64,000 nt of DNA from Bdellovibrionales bacterium (GTDB taxonomy: Bacteria > Bdellovibrionota > UBA1018 > CAIMNF01), in NCBI GenBank assembly GCA_040380025.1, contig JBEIJY010000002.1:73660-137659 (forward strand), in the 5' to 3' direction. The translations under genes and the position numbers were made by a program. The notes under the pieces are model-generated. The model had not been told where the DNA came from. It searched no databases and was given only the letters and a program-made list of their open reading frames with translations. Each line of letters starts with the position of its first letter. Positions within the stretch are counted from its first letter, which is position 1. This document shows, piece by piece, positions 18,031-28,462 of the stretch.

Positions 18031-19554
18031 TCAGGCCTGCGCCTCGAATCGGGCCGATCGAATGTCGTCCAAGAGCAGATTCGCGGTCGCTTTTGCGGAA
18101 TTCACGACTCCCGGAACCCCTGCCCCGGGATGCGTGCCGGCGCCGACAAAATAGAGACCCTTCAGGTCGGGGTCGCGATTTCGGGTGCGGAACGCAGCAC
18201 TTTGCCAAAGGACGGGTTCGGCCGAGAAGGCCGCACCCAGATGTGAGTTCAGCTCGTCCCGGAAATCCTCAGGCGTGAAGATGCGCTGGGTGACGATGTG
18301 CTTTCGCAAATCGGGAGCGTAGCGGGTCTCGATGTACTCGAGGATTTTCTCGGCATAGGCGGGGCCCTCTTTCTTCCAGTCGATCTTGAGGTTTCCGAGA
18401 TGGGGAACGGGCGAAAGAACATAAAACGCCTCACATCCCTCGGGGGCCATCGACGGGTCCGAGCGGGTGGGGGCATGAAGATAGAGCGAGAAATCATCGG
18501 GGATTTCGTCATTCTTGCTGAAGATTTTTTTCAGGAGCTCGCGGTAGGATTTTCCGAACAGAATATTGTGATGGGCGAGTTTCGGATATTGCTTGCTTGT
18601 CCCGAAGTAAATCAAGAAGAGGGACATGCTCTGGGATTGCCGGAGCGCTTTCTGGCGCGAGGGGCGGACTTGTTCGGAGTTTCGAAGAAGGTGCGAGTAA
18701 CTGTGAACCACATCGGCGTTCGTGACGACGATGTCGCAGGGCCAGGTCCCCTGATGCGTGCGAACCGCCGAAACGCTCGAGCCATGGGTCAAAATCTCAT
18801 CGACGGGAGTCGAGAGCTCGATTCTTCCCCCAAGTTCCTGAAACAACCGCACAAGAGCGTTCACGAGTGCGCCGGTTCCTCCGCGCGGAAAGAACACGCC
18901 CCAGTTTCGTTCGAGGTAATGAATCAGGGTGTAAATCGAGGAGGTCTTGAAGGGGTCGCCGCCCACTAGCAACGAATGAAAACTGAATGCCTGGCGAAGC
19001 TCACGGTCTTCGATGTATTGCGAGACCGTCTTGAAGACCGAGCGGTGAGCCTTCAGATTCACAAGCTGGGGTGCAACCCGCACCATGCTCCAGAGATTCA
19101 AAAACGGAACATGGGCGAGCTTGGTGTAGCCCTCATCGAAGACATTCTTCGAGTAGTTCAGGAACCGCTCATAGCCTTCGACGTCGCGCGGGGACTTCGA
19201 CTGGATCTGCTCGAAGGTCGTCTTCGGATCGTTCGAGTAGTCGAAGACATAGCCGTTCTCCCAAAAGAGCCGATAAAACGGGCTCACGGGCATGAGCTCG
19301 ACGTAGTCTTCCATCTTCCGGCCCGCCTCTTCGAACAACTCCTTCAGGCACTCAGGCGCGGTGATCACAGTGGGACCAGCATCGAAAACAAAGCCCTTGT
19401 CCCGGTACACATAGGCCCTGCCGCCAGGCTGGTCTCGCTTTTCGAAGAGCACCACTTCGTGTCCGGCCGTTTGCAGGCGCACGGCGGCGGCCAGTCCCGC
19501 AAAGCCACTGCCGATGACGGCGATTCTTTTTTTGTTCCTGATTTTTTCAGCCAT
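18031..19554 (-). CDS. crtI: phytoene desaturase
   Basis: IAVIGSGFAGLAAA FAD motif. Full-length CrtI-like amine-oxidase fold. Confidence 0.9.
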   Translation of the reverse strand: MAEKIRNKKRIAVIGSGFAGLAAAVRLQTAGHEVVLFEKRDQPGGRAYVYRDKGFVFDAGPTVITAPECLKELFEEAGRKMEDYVELMPVSPFYRLFWENGYVFDYSNDPKTTFEQIQSKSPRDVEGYERFLNYSKNVFDEGYTKLAHVPFLNLWSMVRVAPQLVNLKAHRSVFKTVSQYIEDRELRQAFSFHSLLVGGDPFKTSSIYTLIHYLERNWGVFFPRGGTGALVNALVRLFQELGGRIELSTPVDEILTHGSSVSAVRTHQGTWPCDIVVTNADVVHSYSHLLRNSEQVRPSRQKALRQSQSMSLFLIYFGTSKQYPKLAHHNILFGKSYRELLKKIFSKNDEIPDDFSLYLHAPTRSDPSMAPEGCEAFYVLSPVPHLGNLKIDWKKEGPAYAEKILEYIETRYAPDLRKHIVTQRIFTPEDFRDELNSHLGAAFSAEPVLWQSAAFRTRNRDPDLKGLYFVGAGTHPGAGVPGVVNSAKATANLLLDDIRSARFEAQA

Positions 19555-20644
19555 GCGAATTCATCACCTTTCTTGCCATTTCTTCGATCGGGTTCAGAGC
19601 CGGGTTCCCGGCGAATCGATCTTTGAGTCCTCTCAGACACGAATCCATCGCCTCGCAGGCTTGCGCAAGCGCCACCGCGATCACCGGATGGGTCGTCCGC
19701 GGATCGTCTTCGCCTTTTTGGATGGTTCGGGACATCAGGGCCTGGAATTTTGTGAACTCATGGGGTTCGAGCGTTGTCGCCGCAACCGCCCACACCCAGG
19801 ACGGACGAATGAAGGGCCCTCTCGGGGTGTCCGATTTGCCCGATTCGCGAAACTCGGCCAGGTCATTGAACATTTGCAACAAGACCCCGAACGACTGACC
19901 GAAATCGGCAATCGTGCGACGAAGGTCCGAATGGGCAGAGGCGGCGACGGCTCCGAATTCGGCGCACATCCTCATGAGGGCGCCGGTTTTCAGGCCCAGC
20001 GTTGCCATCGAGATTGGAGTGATTTTCGCTTGGGGCAGAAAGGTCATGTCATGAGCGAGATCGAGCGACTGACCATAGTGAGCTTGAATCATGGCGTGAT
20101 GATGAACCCGATAGAGCTCGAGCTCGATTTCAGCCGGGATTTTTTGAGACCGGATCAGGTCGGTCGCGCGGTAGTAGAGCCAGTTGCCGGCATTGATGGC
20201 AGAGGGCATGCCGATCAGGGCGTGCAGGGCAGGGCCGCCTCTTCGAGTCATGCTTGAGTCCTGAATGTCATCGATGATCAGGGATCCGGCATGGATCGTC
20301 TCGACCATGGCACCGAGAGAAGAGAGCAAGTCCTCGTGCTCCTTGTCTCGGACCGCTGAACCCGAGGCGAGATCAAACCCGATCGAGACCAACTGAGCCC
20401 GGACCTGTTTGCTCGGCCGGTCCAAGTATTCGTTCAGGGGGTCGAGCATGGGTGCGAGCAAAGGGGGAAGAGCTTCTTTTGGCGCGACTCCCAGCGGGAG
20501 CCATTCCCGCAAAAAAGCCAAGTCGTCCGGGCCCGGGAGGATCATCTGCGACAAAGTACGCGGTTGGTCCGACCTCGCGGGCGGGGATGTTCTGAATGGT
20601 TCCTGGATTTCTCTTCGATTCGTCAGTTCACGAAACTCGTTCAC
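19547..20644 (-). CDS. crtE: polyprenyl (geranylgeranyl) diphosphate synthase family
   Basis: First aspartate-rich motif LIIDDIQD. The second motif is degenerate (FNDLAEF). It overlaps the crtI start by 8 nt. The true start may be the internal ATG (MILPGPDD) near 20545. Confidence 0.75.
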   Translation of the reverse strand: MNEFRELTNRREIQEPFRTSPPARSDQPRTLSQMILPGPDDLAFLREWLPLGVAPKEALPPLLAPMLDPLNEYLDRPSKQVRAQLVSIGFDLASGSAVRDKEHEDLLSSLGAMVETIHAGSLIIDDIQDSSMTRRGGPALHALIGMPSAINAGNWLYYRATDLIRSQKIPAEIELELYRVHHHAMIQAHYGQSLDLAHDMTFLPQAKITPISMATLGLKTGALMRMCAEFGAVAASAHSDLRRTIADFGQSFGVLLQMFNDLAEFRESGKSDTPRGPFIRPSWVWAVAATTLEPHEFTKFQALMSRTIQKGEDDPRTTHPVIAVALAQACEAMDSCLRGLKDRFAGNPALNPIEEMARKVMNSHG

Positions 20645-20818
20645 GCGCCCCGCCCCGCTGTTTTGCCAAAAATCCCTCGTGTCTTCATGGATAACAGCCG
20701 GAGTGGTTGAATTCTAGAAAATACAGGCACCTGACCCTAACGAGGGTTACGGGAGTATTCCTTGCTGTTTTGGTCAACTTAAGGTATCATTCGCGCCCGA
20801 AACCCAGGGATTTGTCTT

Positions 20819-21649
20819 ATGAAGTGTTTCACGGCCGTGGTTGCATTTGTCCTTTCTGTTCCCCTCTTCGCCATCGCAGATGAGCGATGTTCCGATCTTC
20901 TGACCAAGAAAACCCACCAGGAGGCGATTGCCGAGGGGATTCTTGCGAGCTATGCCCCTTATCAGTACCGCCCGTTCCGACTCGAACCGCTTAGCCAGAA
21001 TCAGAATGCCATCGTATTTTTGGGATCGGAGATTGATCTTCCAAAACGGAAGTTCATTTTGAAGGTCATGCCGCTCGGCGAGGCATTGAGCGACTTTTAT
21101 GCTCTTCGCTTGATTCGAGGCATCCAGAAAGAGATTCGAATCCCGATTTCCGTGGTCGATTCGGTGGTTCTCACGCCTCGACTCGGAACTCTCGCGTCAG
21201 AGACCTTGGTGCTCCAGAAAAACTCCCTCGCCCGGGGAAGAACTTTGTTTGAGATTCTTGCCGACGAACAGGTCGCAACCGATCGAAAGAGTTACCTTCG
21301 GAATTACTATATGGCCTGGATCCATCAAATGGCGGGAGCTTTGAAGAAGAAGCGGTTTTTGGTCGAAACGAAGCGTCTGGAGTCCAACTTTTATCGAAAC
21401 CAACACCGCTTCATCGAGACCCATCCGAATGCGATCGACGATCAGCCGATTGCGCTCAGTGCGAGCCGTTTGTGGGATGAAGAGATGAGGGGCAAGGAGA
21501 TGGAGCCTTTGTTCCAGTATCTCGACCGCGCATCCCGTGGTGTGCTCGAGAACCTGAGCAGTAGCGGGAACGGGATATCCATCATCCTCAAGACCGACAA
21601 CATCATGGTCGATGATTCCGACCACATGGTGTTGTTTGATCCATTTTAA
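20819..21649 (+). CDS. secreted hypothetical protein with protein-kinase-like motifs
   Basis: Signal peptide. KFILKV (VAIK-like), ILKTDNIMV (catalytic-loop-like) and VLFDPF (DFG-like) appear in the expected order. Confidence 0.5.
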   Translation: MKCFTAVVAFVLSVPLFAIADERCSDLLTKKTHQEAIAEGILASYAPYQYRPFRLEPLSQNQNAIVFLGSEIDLPKRKFILKVMPLGEALSDFYALRLIRGIQKEIRIPISVVDSVVLTPRLGTLASETLVLQKNSLARGRTLFEILADEQVATDRKSYLRNYYMAWIHQMAGALKKKRFLVETKRLESNFYRNQHRFIETHPNAIDDQPIALSASRLWDEEMRGKEMEPLFQYLDRASRGVLENLSSSGNGISIILKTDNIMVDDSDHMVLFDPF

Positions 21650-23100
21650 TTTTTTGGTTTCGGATTCTTTTTTTCGATCAGGGGGGCAGTCAACTTTACG
21701 CGAAGTCCGCGATCGGGATTCCCGATGGGTAGCACCAGATACATGCTGGTGCCCGATCGAGGAAATTCCAATCCGGCCGCAATTTCGCCAGAAATCCCCT
21801 GTTTTTTTGCCCACTCCCGGAGAATCGATACATTGACAAAGCCCCGCACGGGGGTCTTTTCGGAGCTTCCGGCGAAATTTGTGCCGAAACTCGCCCCGAA
21901 ACTCGCTTCACTCGAAAGCTCTTGCCCCGCTTCGGCGTTGTTTCGGATTCGAATCGGGGTCACCGACGCGTTCGCGACCAACCCGCCCTTGTGAAGTTGA
22001 TACGCTCCCGTTGCCTCATTGGTTTGCCCGAGCCGTGTGATCAATCCATAGGTGTGCCGGGCTCCTCCGGTCGAATTGGCTGATTCCGAGACTTGGACGA
22101 TCAGCTGGCCGTAAGGATCGGAGCCGCGGGTCTCGTACCCCAAAAACAGGTTCTGGTTTTTCTTCTTCCATGCGACCCCGGTCAACGCCTGCTCCCGGAA
22201 TGGCCTGGCGATCAATACATATTGAAGTTTTCCACCGACCCGTCGGAGCGGATTTTGACCGGAAATCCGGAAATCCAGGTAGCTGCCTCCCGGATCGGTC
22301 GCATCCACGCGGGAGCGGAGCGAGAGATCAGAATCGCCAATCGATGCCCCCGAGGGATTCCGCCAGTGTTGTTTGTAGTCAAAACCGACCGGAATCGTGA
22401 CCGGTCCCAAGGAGTAAAATCGCGGTTTGAATTTGGATTTCTTTCCCTTTTCCATCGGAATGGCCGAAAATCGGCCTGCTTCCACCGCAGATGGAACCAA
22501 GGCTGTCCATCGGCTCCCGGTGACCCAAAGATCGGGATTCGCAGGCGAAGGTTCAAGGGCAATTACCGCAAGAGGACTCGACTGCGAAGACAGTTCGAGA
22601 ATCTCCGGCAAATCGGAGTCCCCCGGGGCCTGCGACGGCCGCCAAGAACAGGCATCGACGTTTTCTCCGAAAGCGGCCTTCGCCCACTCGCCATCGAGAG
22701 AGGGCGGAAAAGCCCCAATCGCGGCCTGAAGGGGTTTCAGATTCTCTGCCACCGGAGAAACTGCTCCGGGCGGAGGTTCTTCAAAAACCGGGATTAGCTC
22801 GTGGTCGATTGCTCTGTCCGTGAAGTTGATGAACGAGGGGGTGAATCCGAGCCCCATTTGCTTTTGCATCTCGAGCGGATCCCCGAATGCGCTGGCAAGT
22901 TCGGGCAGACGTAACCATCCCTCTGGCGTGGCCAAATCCGGAAACAGTCCCGGCTGCATCACATAGTGCCCGAGAAAAAAAGCATTCCTCTCCCAATCCG
23001 AATCTTGTGCCTGCACGCGCGCCCCGATGCACCAAAAAATTGGCATCAAGATCAAGAACCGAACAGGAATCCGTATCGCCCGAAAAAACAGCGCACTCAT
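21646..23100 (-). CDS. hypothetical secreted/outer-membrane protein (484 aa)
   Basis: Signal-anchor-like N-terminus. The C-terminal half has alternating hydrophobic/polar residues and ends in an aromatic-rich beta-strand-like segment. Confidence 0.55.
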   Translation of the reverse strand: MSALFFRAIRIPVRFLILMPIFWCIGARVQAQDSDWERNAFFLGHYVMQPGLFPDLATPEGWLRLPELASAFGDPLEMQKQMGLGFTPSFINFTDRAIDHELIPVFEEPPPGAVSPVAENLKPLQAAIGAFPPSLDGEWAKAAFGENVDACSWRPSQAPGDSDLPEILELSSQSSPLAVIALEPSPANPDLWVTGSRWTALVPSAVEAGRFSAIPMEKGKKSKFKPRFYSLGPVTIPVGFDYKQHWRNPSGASIGDSDLSLRSRVDATDPGGSYLDFRISGQNPLRRVGGKLQYVLIARPFREQALTGVAWKKKNQNLFLGYETRGSDPYGQLIVQVSESANSTGGARHTYGLITRLGQTNEATGAYQLHKGGLVANASVTPIRIRNNAEAGQELSSEASFGASFGTNFAGSSEKTPVRGFVNVSILREWAKKQGISGEIAAGLEFPRSGTSMYLVLPIGNPDRGLRVKLTAPLIEKKNPKPKN

Positions 23101-23169
23101 CTCTTCCGTTTCGGTGTTTCCCCGATCAAAACTTGATGCCTCGAAGATCAGGCGCTACCATTTTAATGA

Positions 23170-24537
23170 ATGGGAGCGGGTGATTCCAAAAAAACAGTCA
23201 GAGCGCTGACGGTGTTTCAAAGCGCCGATCTTCGTAAGCGCGTGAACAACGAGCTCCAGCGTCATTACCGGGATCGTCTGGAAGAAGAATCCGTTCCGTT
23301 GCTCCAGGATGCGGTGGCGCTCGTCGAGGAACACCCGGAGCGGTTTGACCTTTTGATCATCGAGCACGAGAGTGCCTCGCTTGCGGTTCTAAAAACCCTT
23401 CTCGATTTGTGCGGTTTCGGCGCGCCCGTCCTCGTGTCGAACAAGGCGGAGCTCTTCGAGGGGCTGCTTGCCCGAGAACGGCCGCCCGAAGTTGCAAGGG
23501 TTTCATCGCTCGAGCAAGAGCTCGAACACATTTTGCGTCGTCTTGTCCTCTTGGGCCGTCTGCCGCCCACCGGATCGGTCGATTCCTTGGAATATGTCGC
23601 CATTTCTTCGAGCTCGCTCATGGGGGTTCAGCCTCTTCATGCCGATGTCTTTGTGAAGATCGGAGATGGTCATTTCGTACGGGTCTTCAAGCAGGGAGAG
23701 GTGATTGTCCCTGAGGCCCTGCAAAAATTCATCGAGTCCAAAAAGGACAAGTTCCACCTGAAAAAATCCGGTGCCCTGAAGGCGCTCGATCAGACGGCCT
23801 CGGGACTCCGGGCTCTCGCAAGCCCCCTTCCGCAGGAACCCGAAAAGGCCGCTCCGGTGCTGATTCATGCACGAAAACTCGTCGGCGATCTGATCGCCCA
23901 AGTGGGGTTCACCCCCGAGGCGCGCGAGATCGCCCGGAACAGCGCCATGGTTGCGATCCGCCTTGTGGGAAGCAAGCCGAAGCTTGCCAGTGTCCTGAAG
24001 GACATCAATCTCGAAGAGGGCGGATTGATCGCGAACCACAGCTTTGTAACCGGAAACGTCGCCTGCGCCCTTGCGTTCCGTGCCGGATGGAGTTCCGAGA
24101 GTACGTTCTTCAAGCTCTGGCTTGCGGCCTTTTTGCATGACATTGCTATTCATCGCGAGGAACACGCGAAATTCCGGACTTCCGCCATACTGGATGCCTC
24201 GGAACTCGATTCGGATCAGGCGAGGGAGGTGCGTCTTCATCCGATCCGTGCGGGCGAGTATGCGCGCCAGTTCACCGATATTCCCTCGGATGTCGAGCAA
24301 ATCGTGGTCCAGCATCACGAGCGTCCGGACGGGGGAGGGTTTCCCCGGGCGCTCCATTCGCGCCACATCAGTCCCTTGAGCGCATTGTTCATCATCGCCG
24401 AAGATCTCGTTCATGCCGCGATCGAGAATCCCGGCCTTTCGGTGCTTGGATTTTTCGAAACCAAAAAAGAAGAATACTCCCGGGGCCAATTCCGGAAGAT
24501 CCGGACGTCGATTCTGGGATCCGGTTCCGGTCTGTGA
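23170..24537 (+). CDS. HD-GYP domain protein (variant GGGFP) with degenerate N-terminal receiver-like domain
   Basis: HD motif (FLHDIAIH) and QHHERPDGGGFPRAL. Confidence 0.7.
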   Translation: MGAGDSKKTVRALTVFQSADLRKRVNNELQRHYRDRLEEESVPLLQDAVALVEEHPERFDLLIIEHESASLAVLKTLLDLCGFGAPVLVSNKAELFEGLLARERPPEVARVSSLEQELEHILRRLVLLGRLPPTGSVDSLEYVAISSSSLMGVQPLHADVFVKIGDGHFVRVFKQGEVIVPEALQKFIESKKDKFHLKKSGALKALDQTASGLRALASPLPQEPEKAAPVLIHARKLVGDLIAQVGFTPEAREIARNSAMVAIRLVGSKPKLASVLKDINLEEGGLIANHSFVTGNVACALAFRAGWSSESTFFKLWLAAFLHDIAIHREEHAKFRTSAILDASELDSDQAREVRLHPIRAGEYARQFTDIPSDVEQIVVQHHERPDGGGFPRALHSRHISPLSALFIIAEDLVHAAIENPGLSVLGFFETKKEEYSRGQFRKIRTSILGSGSGL

Positions 24538-24553
24538 TAGGGTCATTTGCGGT

Positions 24554-25954
24554 ATGATCGAACCCCGAGTGGTGCAGGTTCCGGGAGCAGAAATCCGTTT
24601 TTTCGGCGCGGCCGGCGAGGTCACGGGCAGCAAAGCGATTCTTCGTGCGCATCGAAAGTCGATTCTGATCGATTGCGGATTGTTCCAGGGCGAAAAGACG
24701 AGCAAACAGATGAATTGGACCCCGATGCCGGAGGAGGTTTCTTCGGTCGATGCCGTCTTGATCACGCATGCGCACCTGGATCACTGCGGGTATCTTCCGA
24801 GGCTCGTGAAAGGCGGATACTCGGGTCCAGTGTACTGTTCGCCCGGGACCCGCGACTTGATGAAGATCATTCTTCTGGATTCGGCCCATCTTCAAGAAGA
24901 AGACGCTGAGTATGCGAACCGGACCGGATACTCCCGCCACAAGCCGGCCGAACCCTTGTACACGGTCCGCGATGCCGAACGGGCCCTCTCGCTCGTCAAG
25001 ACCATGCCGATGGGGGTGTGGCAGACGGTGGTTCCCGGGGTCGAAGTCGAGCTCACGCGCGCGGGGCATATCATCGGTTCTTCGGTGGCGCGCTTCCGCA
25101 TCAAGGCTGCGGGGAAGGACTCTCTCGTTACCTTCAGCGGGGACCTCGGCCATGGCCGGCAGCTCACCATTCTTGCTCCTGATCCTCTCCCCGATACCGA
25201 TGTGCTGGTTCTGGAGAGCACCTATGGAGATCGTCTTCATGCGCGGGATCTCCCCGAGGATGCTCTGGAGCGAATCCTGAATCAGATTCAGCGCTCCGGC
25301 GGAGTCCTTGTGATTCCCTCGTTCGCCGTGGGGCGCGCGCAGGAAGTGTTGCATCTCATTCGAGTTCTCGAGGATCGCGGGCGGGTCAAGCCGGTTCCGG
25401 TCGTATTGGACTCACCGATGGCCGAGGACGCGACCGCAATCTACCTGCAACACCCCGAGGACCATCCGCCCGGTCTTGATTTTGAAAAAAAGGCACGCAA
25501 TTTCTTTCCGAAGCGCTTTGAGTGGGTTCGGTCGGCCCAGGAGTCACGCCAGTTGTCGGATCGCAAGGGGCCGCTGGTGATTCTTTCTGCTTCGGGTATG
25601 CTCCAAGGTGGGCGTGTATTGCATCATCTTCGGACGCGACTCGTGGATTCAAAGAATGTGGTTCTATTTGTGGGATATCAGGCCGAGGGAACCAAGGGCT
25701 GGTTTTTGAAGAATCGAGGAAAATCCGAGGGCGCGCTCCGGATCTTCCACGAACCGGTACCAGTGAATGCGCAAATTGAGTCGATCGAGTCGCTCTCGGC
25801 CCACGCCGATCAGAAGGATCTTTTGACGTGGATCAATTCGGCCGCAAAAAAACCGAACTTGATCATTTTGAATCATGGCTCCGGCCTTTCGGCTAATGCT
25901 CTCGCGGGTCGGATTGATCGCGAGCTCGGGATCCGCACCCATCCGCTCACGTGA
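24554..25954 (+). CDS. MBL-fold beta-CASP family RNA-metabolising hydrolase
   Basis: HAHLDHCG metallo-beta-lactamase motif and beta-CASP motifs. ATG 24554 (MIEPRVV) avoids overlap with the HD-GYP gene. Confidence 0.8.
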   Translation: MIEPRVVQVPGAEIRFFGAAGEVTGSKAILRAHRKSILIDCGLFQGEKTSKQMNWTPMPEEVSSVDAVLITHAHLDHCGYLPRLVKGGYSGPVYCSPGTRDLMKIILLDSAHLQEEDAEYANRTGYSRHKPAEPLYTVRDAERALSLVKTMPMGVWQTVVPGVEVELTRAGHIIGSSVARFRIKAAGKDSLVTFSGDLGHGRQLTILAPDPLPDTDVLVLESTYGDRLHARDLPEDALERILNQIQRSGGVLVIPSFAVGRAQEVLHLIRVLEDRGRVKPVPVVLDSPMAEDATAIYLQHPEDHPPGLDFEKKARNFFPKRFEWVRSAQESRQLSDRKGPLVILSASGMLQGGRVLHHLRTRLVDSKNVVLFVGYQAEGTKGWFLKNRGKSEGALRIFHEPVPVNAQIESIESLSAHADQKDLLTWINSAAKKPNLIILNHGSGLSANALAGRIDRELGIRTHPLT

Positions 25955-26015
25955 GTCATGGATTGATCTTTGTGGGATGCTGGAATCCACGATTCTTTTG
26001 AGATATCGTGGGAGT

Positions 26016-26627
26016 ATGAAAATCAAAGTCCTTCTTTTGGCAAGCTTGGTTGGCTCGGTCTCGACTCTGGCCGCAGCAGCGGTTCCGGAATCGATTTATG
26101 ACTTTCGTGTGAATCGACTCGGCGGAGTTCCGGCATCGCTCTCGGAGTACAAAGGAAAAGTCCTTTTGATCGTGAACACCGCATCGAAATGCGGATACAC
26201 TCCGCAGTATCAGGGCCTTCAGACGATTTATCAGCGATACAAGACTCGCGGCTTCGAGGTCCTCGGATTTCCTTCGAATGACTTCGGCTCGCAGGAGCCG
26301 GGCAATGCGGGTGAGATCAAAAAGTTCTGCGAGACCCGGTACAAGGTCTCCTTCCCGATGTTCGAAAAAGGCGTGGTGTCCGGAAGCCACAAGCAACCCC
26401 TGTACGCTTGGCTCGTGGCCAATGAGCCGAAAGCGAAATTCGGCCAGAGCGAAGTGGGCTGGAACTTCGAGAAATTCCTGGTCTCCAAAGAAGGCGCGGT
26501 GCTTGCCCGCTTTCGTTCGAGTGTCACCCCCGAGAGCCCCGAGGTGATCCAGGCGATCGAATCGGCGCTCGAAAAAAAAAAGGAATCTGAACATGTCGGA
26601 CCCAAAAGCACCGCTCCATCTCAGTGA
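26016..26627 (+). CDS. glutathione peroxidase, secreted/periplasmic
   Basis: Signal peptide and NTASKCGYT active-site Cys motif, followed by WNFEKF. Confidence 0.8.
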   Translation: MKIKVLLLASLVGSVSTLAAAAVPESIYDFRVNRLGGVPASLSEYKGKVLLIVNTASKCGYTPQYQGLQTIYQRYKTRGFEVLGFPSNDFGSQEPGNAGEIKKFCETRYKVSFPMFEKGVVSGSHKQPLYAWLVANEPKAKFGQSEVGWNFEKFLVSKEGAVLARFRSSVTPESPEVIQAIESALEKKKESEHVGPKSTAPSQ

Positions 26628-27558
26628 CGAGCAGGTCCGGGTCACCCGGATGTGCGCGACCGAAAACCCCTTCCGGAATGCCTATTGGGACAATCACGAT
26701 GCGGGAATTTATGTCGACATCGTGAATGGAAAGCCCTTGTTCAGCTCGAAGGACAAATTCGACTCCGGCACCGGTTGGCCGAGCTTCACCAGGCCCGTCG
26801 ACGAGAAGGTCCTTGCGCTGAAGGATGACCGGAGCCACGGGATGATTCGCACCGAGGTGCGCTCGAAAGATTCGGACTCTCATCTGGGCCACGTGTTTGA
26901 TGACGGCCCGGGCCCGACCCGGAAGCGCTTTTGCATCAATTCGGCATCGCTCCGGTTCGTGAGCGTGCTGAACCTCGAAAAAGAGGGCTACGGAAAATAC
27001 CGCGATTTGTTTTCGGACGAGGTAGTGCGGGACGAAAAGAAAAAGCGTGCCGATCGCGTTCAATCGGGTGCGTACCAGACCGCAATCCTTGCGGGCGGAT
27101 GTTTTTGGGGGGTTCAGGATCTGATCCGGAAGCTTCAGGGCGTGGTCGACACCGAGGTGGGGTACACCGGCGGGAGCACGGCGAATCCGATGTATGAAGA
27201 GGTGAAAAAAGGCACCACCGGACATGCCGAGGCCGTGAGGGTTGTGTTTGATCCGAAGCAGATCCCGTTTGCGAGGCTTTTGGATTTGTTTTTCACCCTG
27301 CATGATCCGACGACCTCGAACCGTCAGGGCAATGACATCGGCTCGCAATACCGGTCGGCGATCTTCTTCTCTTCGCCCGCCCAAAAGGAAGAGTCGCTCA
27401 AAAAAATCAAGGAATGGAATGCCTCGGGCAAGTGGAAGAAGCCCATTGTGACCGAAGTCCTTCCGGCGATGCCGTTTTATCCGGCGGAGGGATATCACCA
27501 GGATTACCTGGTCAAGAACCCGAACGGATACACCTGTCATTACTTCAGGGAGTTCTGA
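26593..27558 (+). CDS. msrBA: bifunctional methionine sulfoxide reductase MsrB-MsrA
   Basis: N-terminal SelR/MsrB domain ([24 protein letters not shown]), then an MsrA domain (GGCFWGVQ). Confidence 0.85.
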   Translation: MSDPKAPLHLSDEQVRVTRMCATENPFRNAYWDNHDAGIYVDIVNGKPLFSSKDKFDSGTGWPSFTRPVDEKVLALKDDRSHGMIRTEVRSKDSDSHLGHVFDDGPGPTRKRFCINSASLRFVSVLNLEKEGYGKYRDLFSDEVVRDEKKKRADRVQSGAYQTAILAGGCFWGVQDLIRKLQGVVDTEVGYTGGSTANPMYEEVKKGTTGHAEAVRVVFDPKQIPFARLLDLFFTLHDPTTSNRQGNDIGSQYRSAIFFSSPAQKEESLKKIKEWNASGKWKKPIVTEVLPAMPFYPAEGYHQDYLVKNPNGYTCHYFREF

Positions 27559-27559
27559 G

Positions 27560-28387
27560 ATGAAGAACCTGAGGCCTTCTCCTGCGATCAGCGTGGCCTC
27601 GAACACCAGTATCGGAGAAACCCTCCGGATCATGCGCGAGAACCACGTGGGTTCGGTTCTCGTGAATTCCTACTCGCACCCCCATTCGCTTGAGGGGATT
27701 TTCACCGAGAGGGATCTCTTGAAGTGGATCCCCGAGATCGAGAAAAATCGTGCCTGGGACAAGGCGATTGCGACCATCATGACCAAAAATCCGGTGACCC
27801 TGGATCTTCCGGATCTCGACCGCGCGGCCGAGATCATGATCGAAAAAGGCTTTCGCCATGTTCCGATCGTGTACCGGTTGGAAGGGGCGATCCGTGTTGC
27901 CGGAGTGGTATCGATGCGGGACTTGTTCAAGGGCCTCGTGGCCGAGAGGCGCGAGCGGAAGGTGCGCGATCAGTTTTTGGGCAAGCGAGTGGTGGTGCTG
28001 GCCCATGAGCCCTCGGGTCGGGATCTTCAGAAACGCCTTTTGAAGGATCATGTCGACCTGATTGTGATCGAGCGGGATTTTGACCAAAATCCCCCCGGAG
28101 TCCTTGAGGTCGTGTCCGAGGTCATGGCTTCTGATCTTTTGGTGCTGGATCTGGATCAGTTTCAGGTCGAGTATTGGGTGTCGATCCTGAAGGCAGTGCT
28201 TGCCCAAAAGCATCGGCCGCATGTGTTTGTCGTGTACGATCCGGTTCTGCAAGAGAGCAAAAGCATTGTGGCCCTGAAGAAGCTCTCGCAAGGTTCGGTG
28301 GTGCAGGTGTTTCCGAAGCCCGTCAATCTTTTGGAGTATCTGCGCTTGATGGAGCGCAGTTTTAAGCCAAGCGTCAAAAATCCGTGA
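27560..28387 (+). CDS. CBS-pair domain protein with C-terminal receiver-like domain
   Basis: Two CBS motifs (GSVLV...GIFTERD; HVPIV...GVVSMRDL). The C-terminus is a degenerate REC-like alpha/beta fold. Confidence 0.7.
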   Translation: MKNLRPSPAISVASNTSIGETLRIMRENHVGSVLVNSYSHPHSLEGIFTERDLLKWIPEIEKNRAWDKAIATIMTKNPVTLDLPDLDRAAEIMIEKGFRHVPIVYRLEGAIRVAGVVSMRDLFKGLVAERRERKVRDQFLGKRVVVLAHEPSGRDLQKRLLKDHVDLIVIERDFDQNPPGVLEVVSEVMASDLLVLDLDQFQVEYWVSILKAVLAQKHRPHVFVVYDPVLQESKSIVALKKLSQGSVVQVFPKPVNLLEYLRLMERSFKPSVKNP

Positions 28388-28462
28388 TCCATTTTCCGGT
28401 CCGAACGTGCGCGGGAGTCGTGCTACACTGTTTCCAACACCCGAAAGAAAGGACTTTCAGAC

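Noticed and set aside
23503-24765. 420-aa minus-strand ORF
   Set aside because: It is antisense to the HD-GYP and beta-CASP genes and looks like a high-GC frame artefact.
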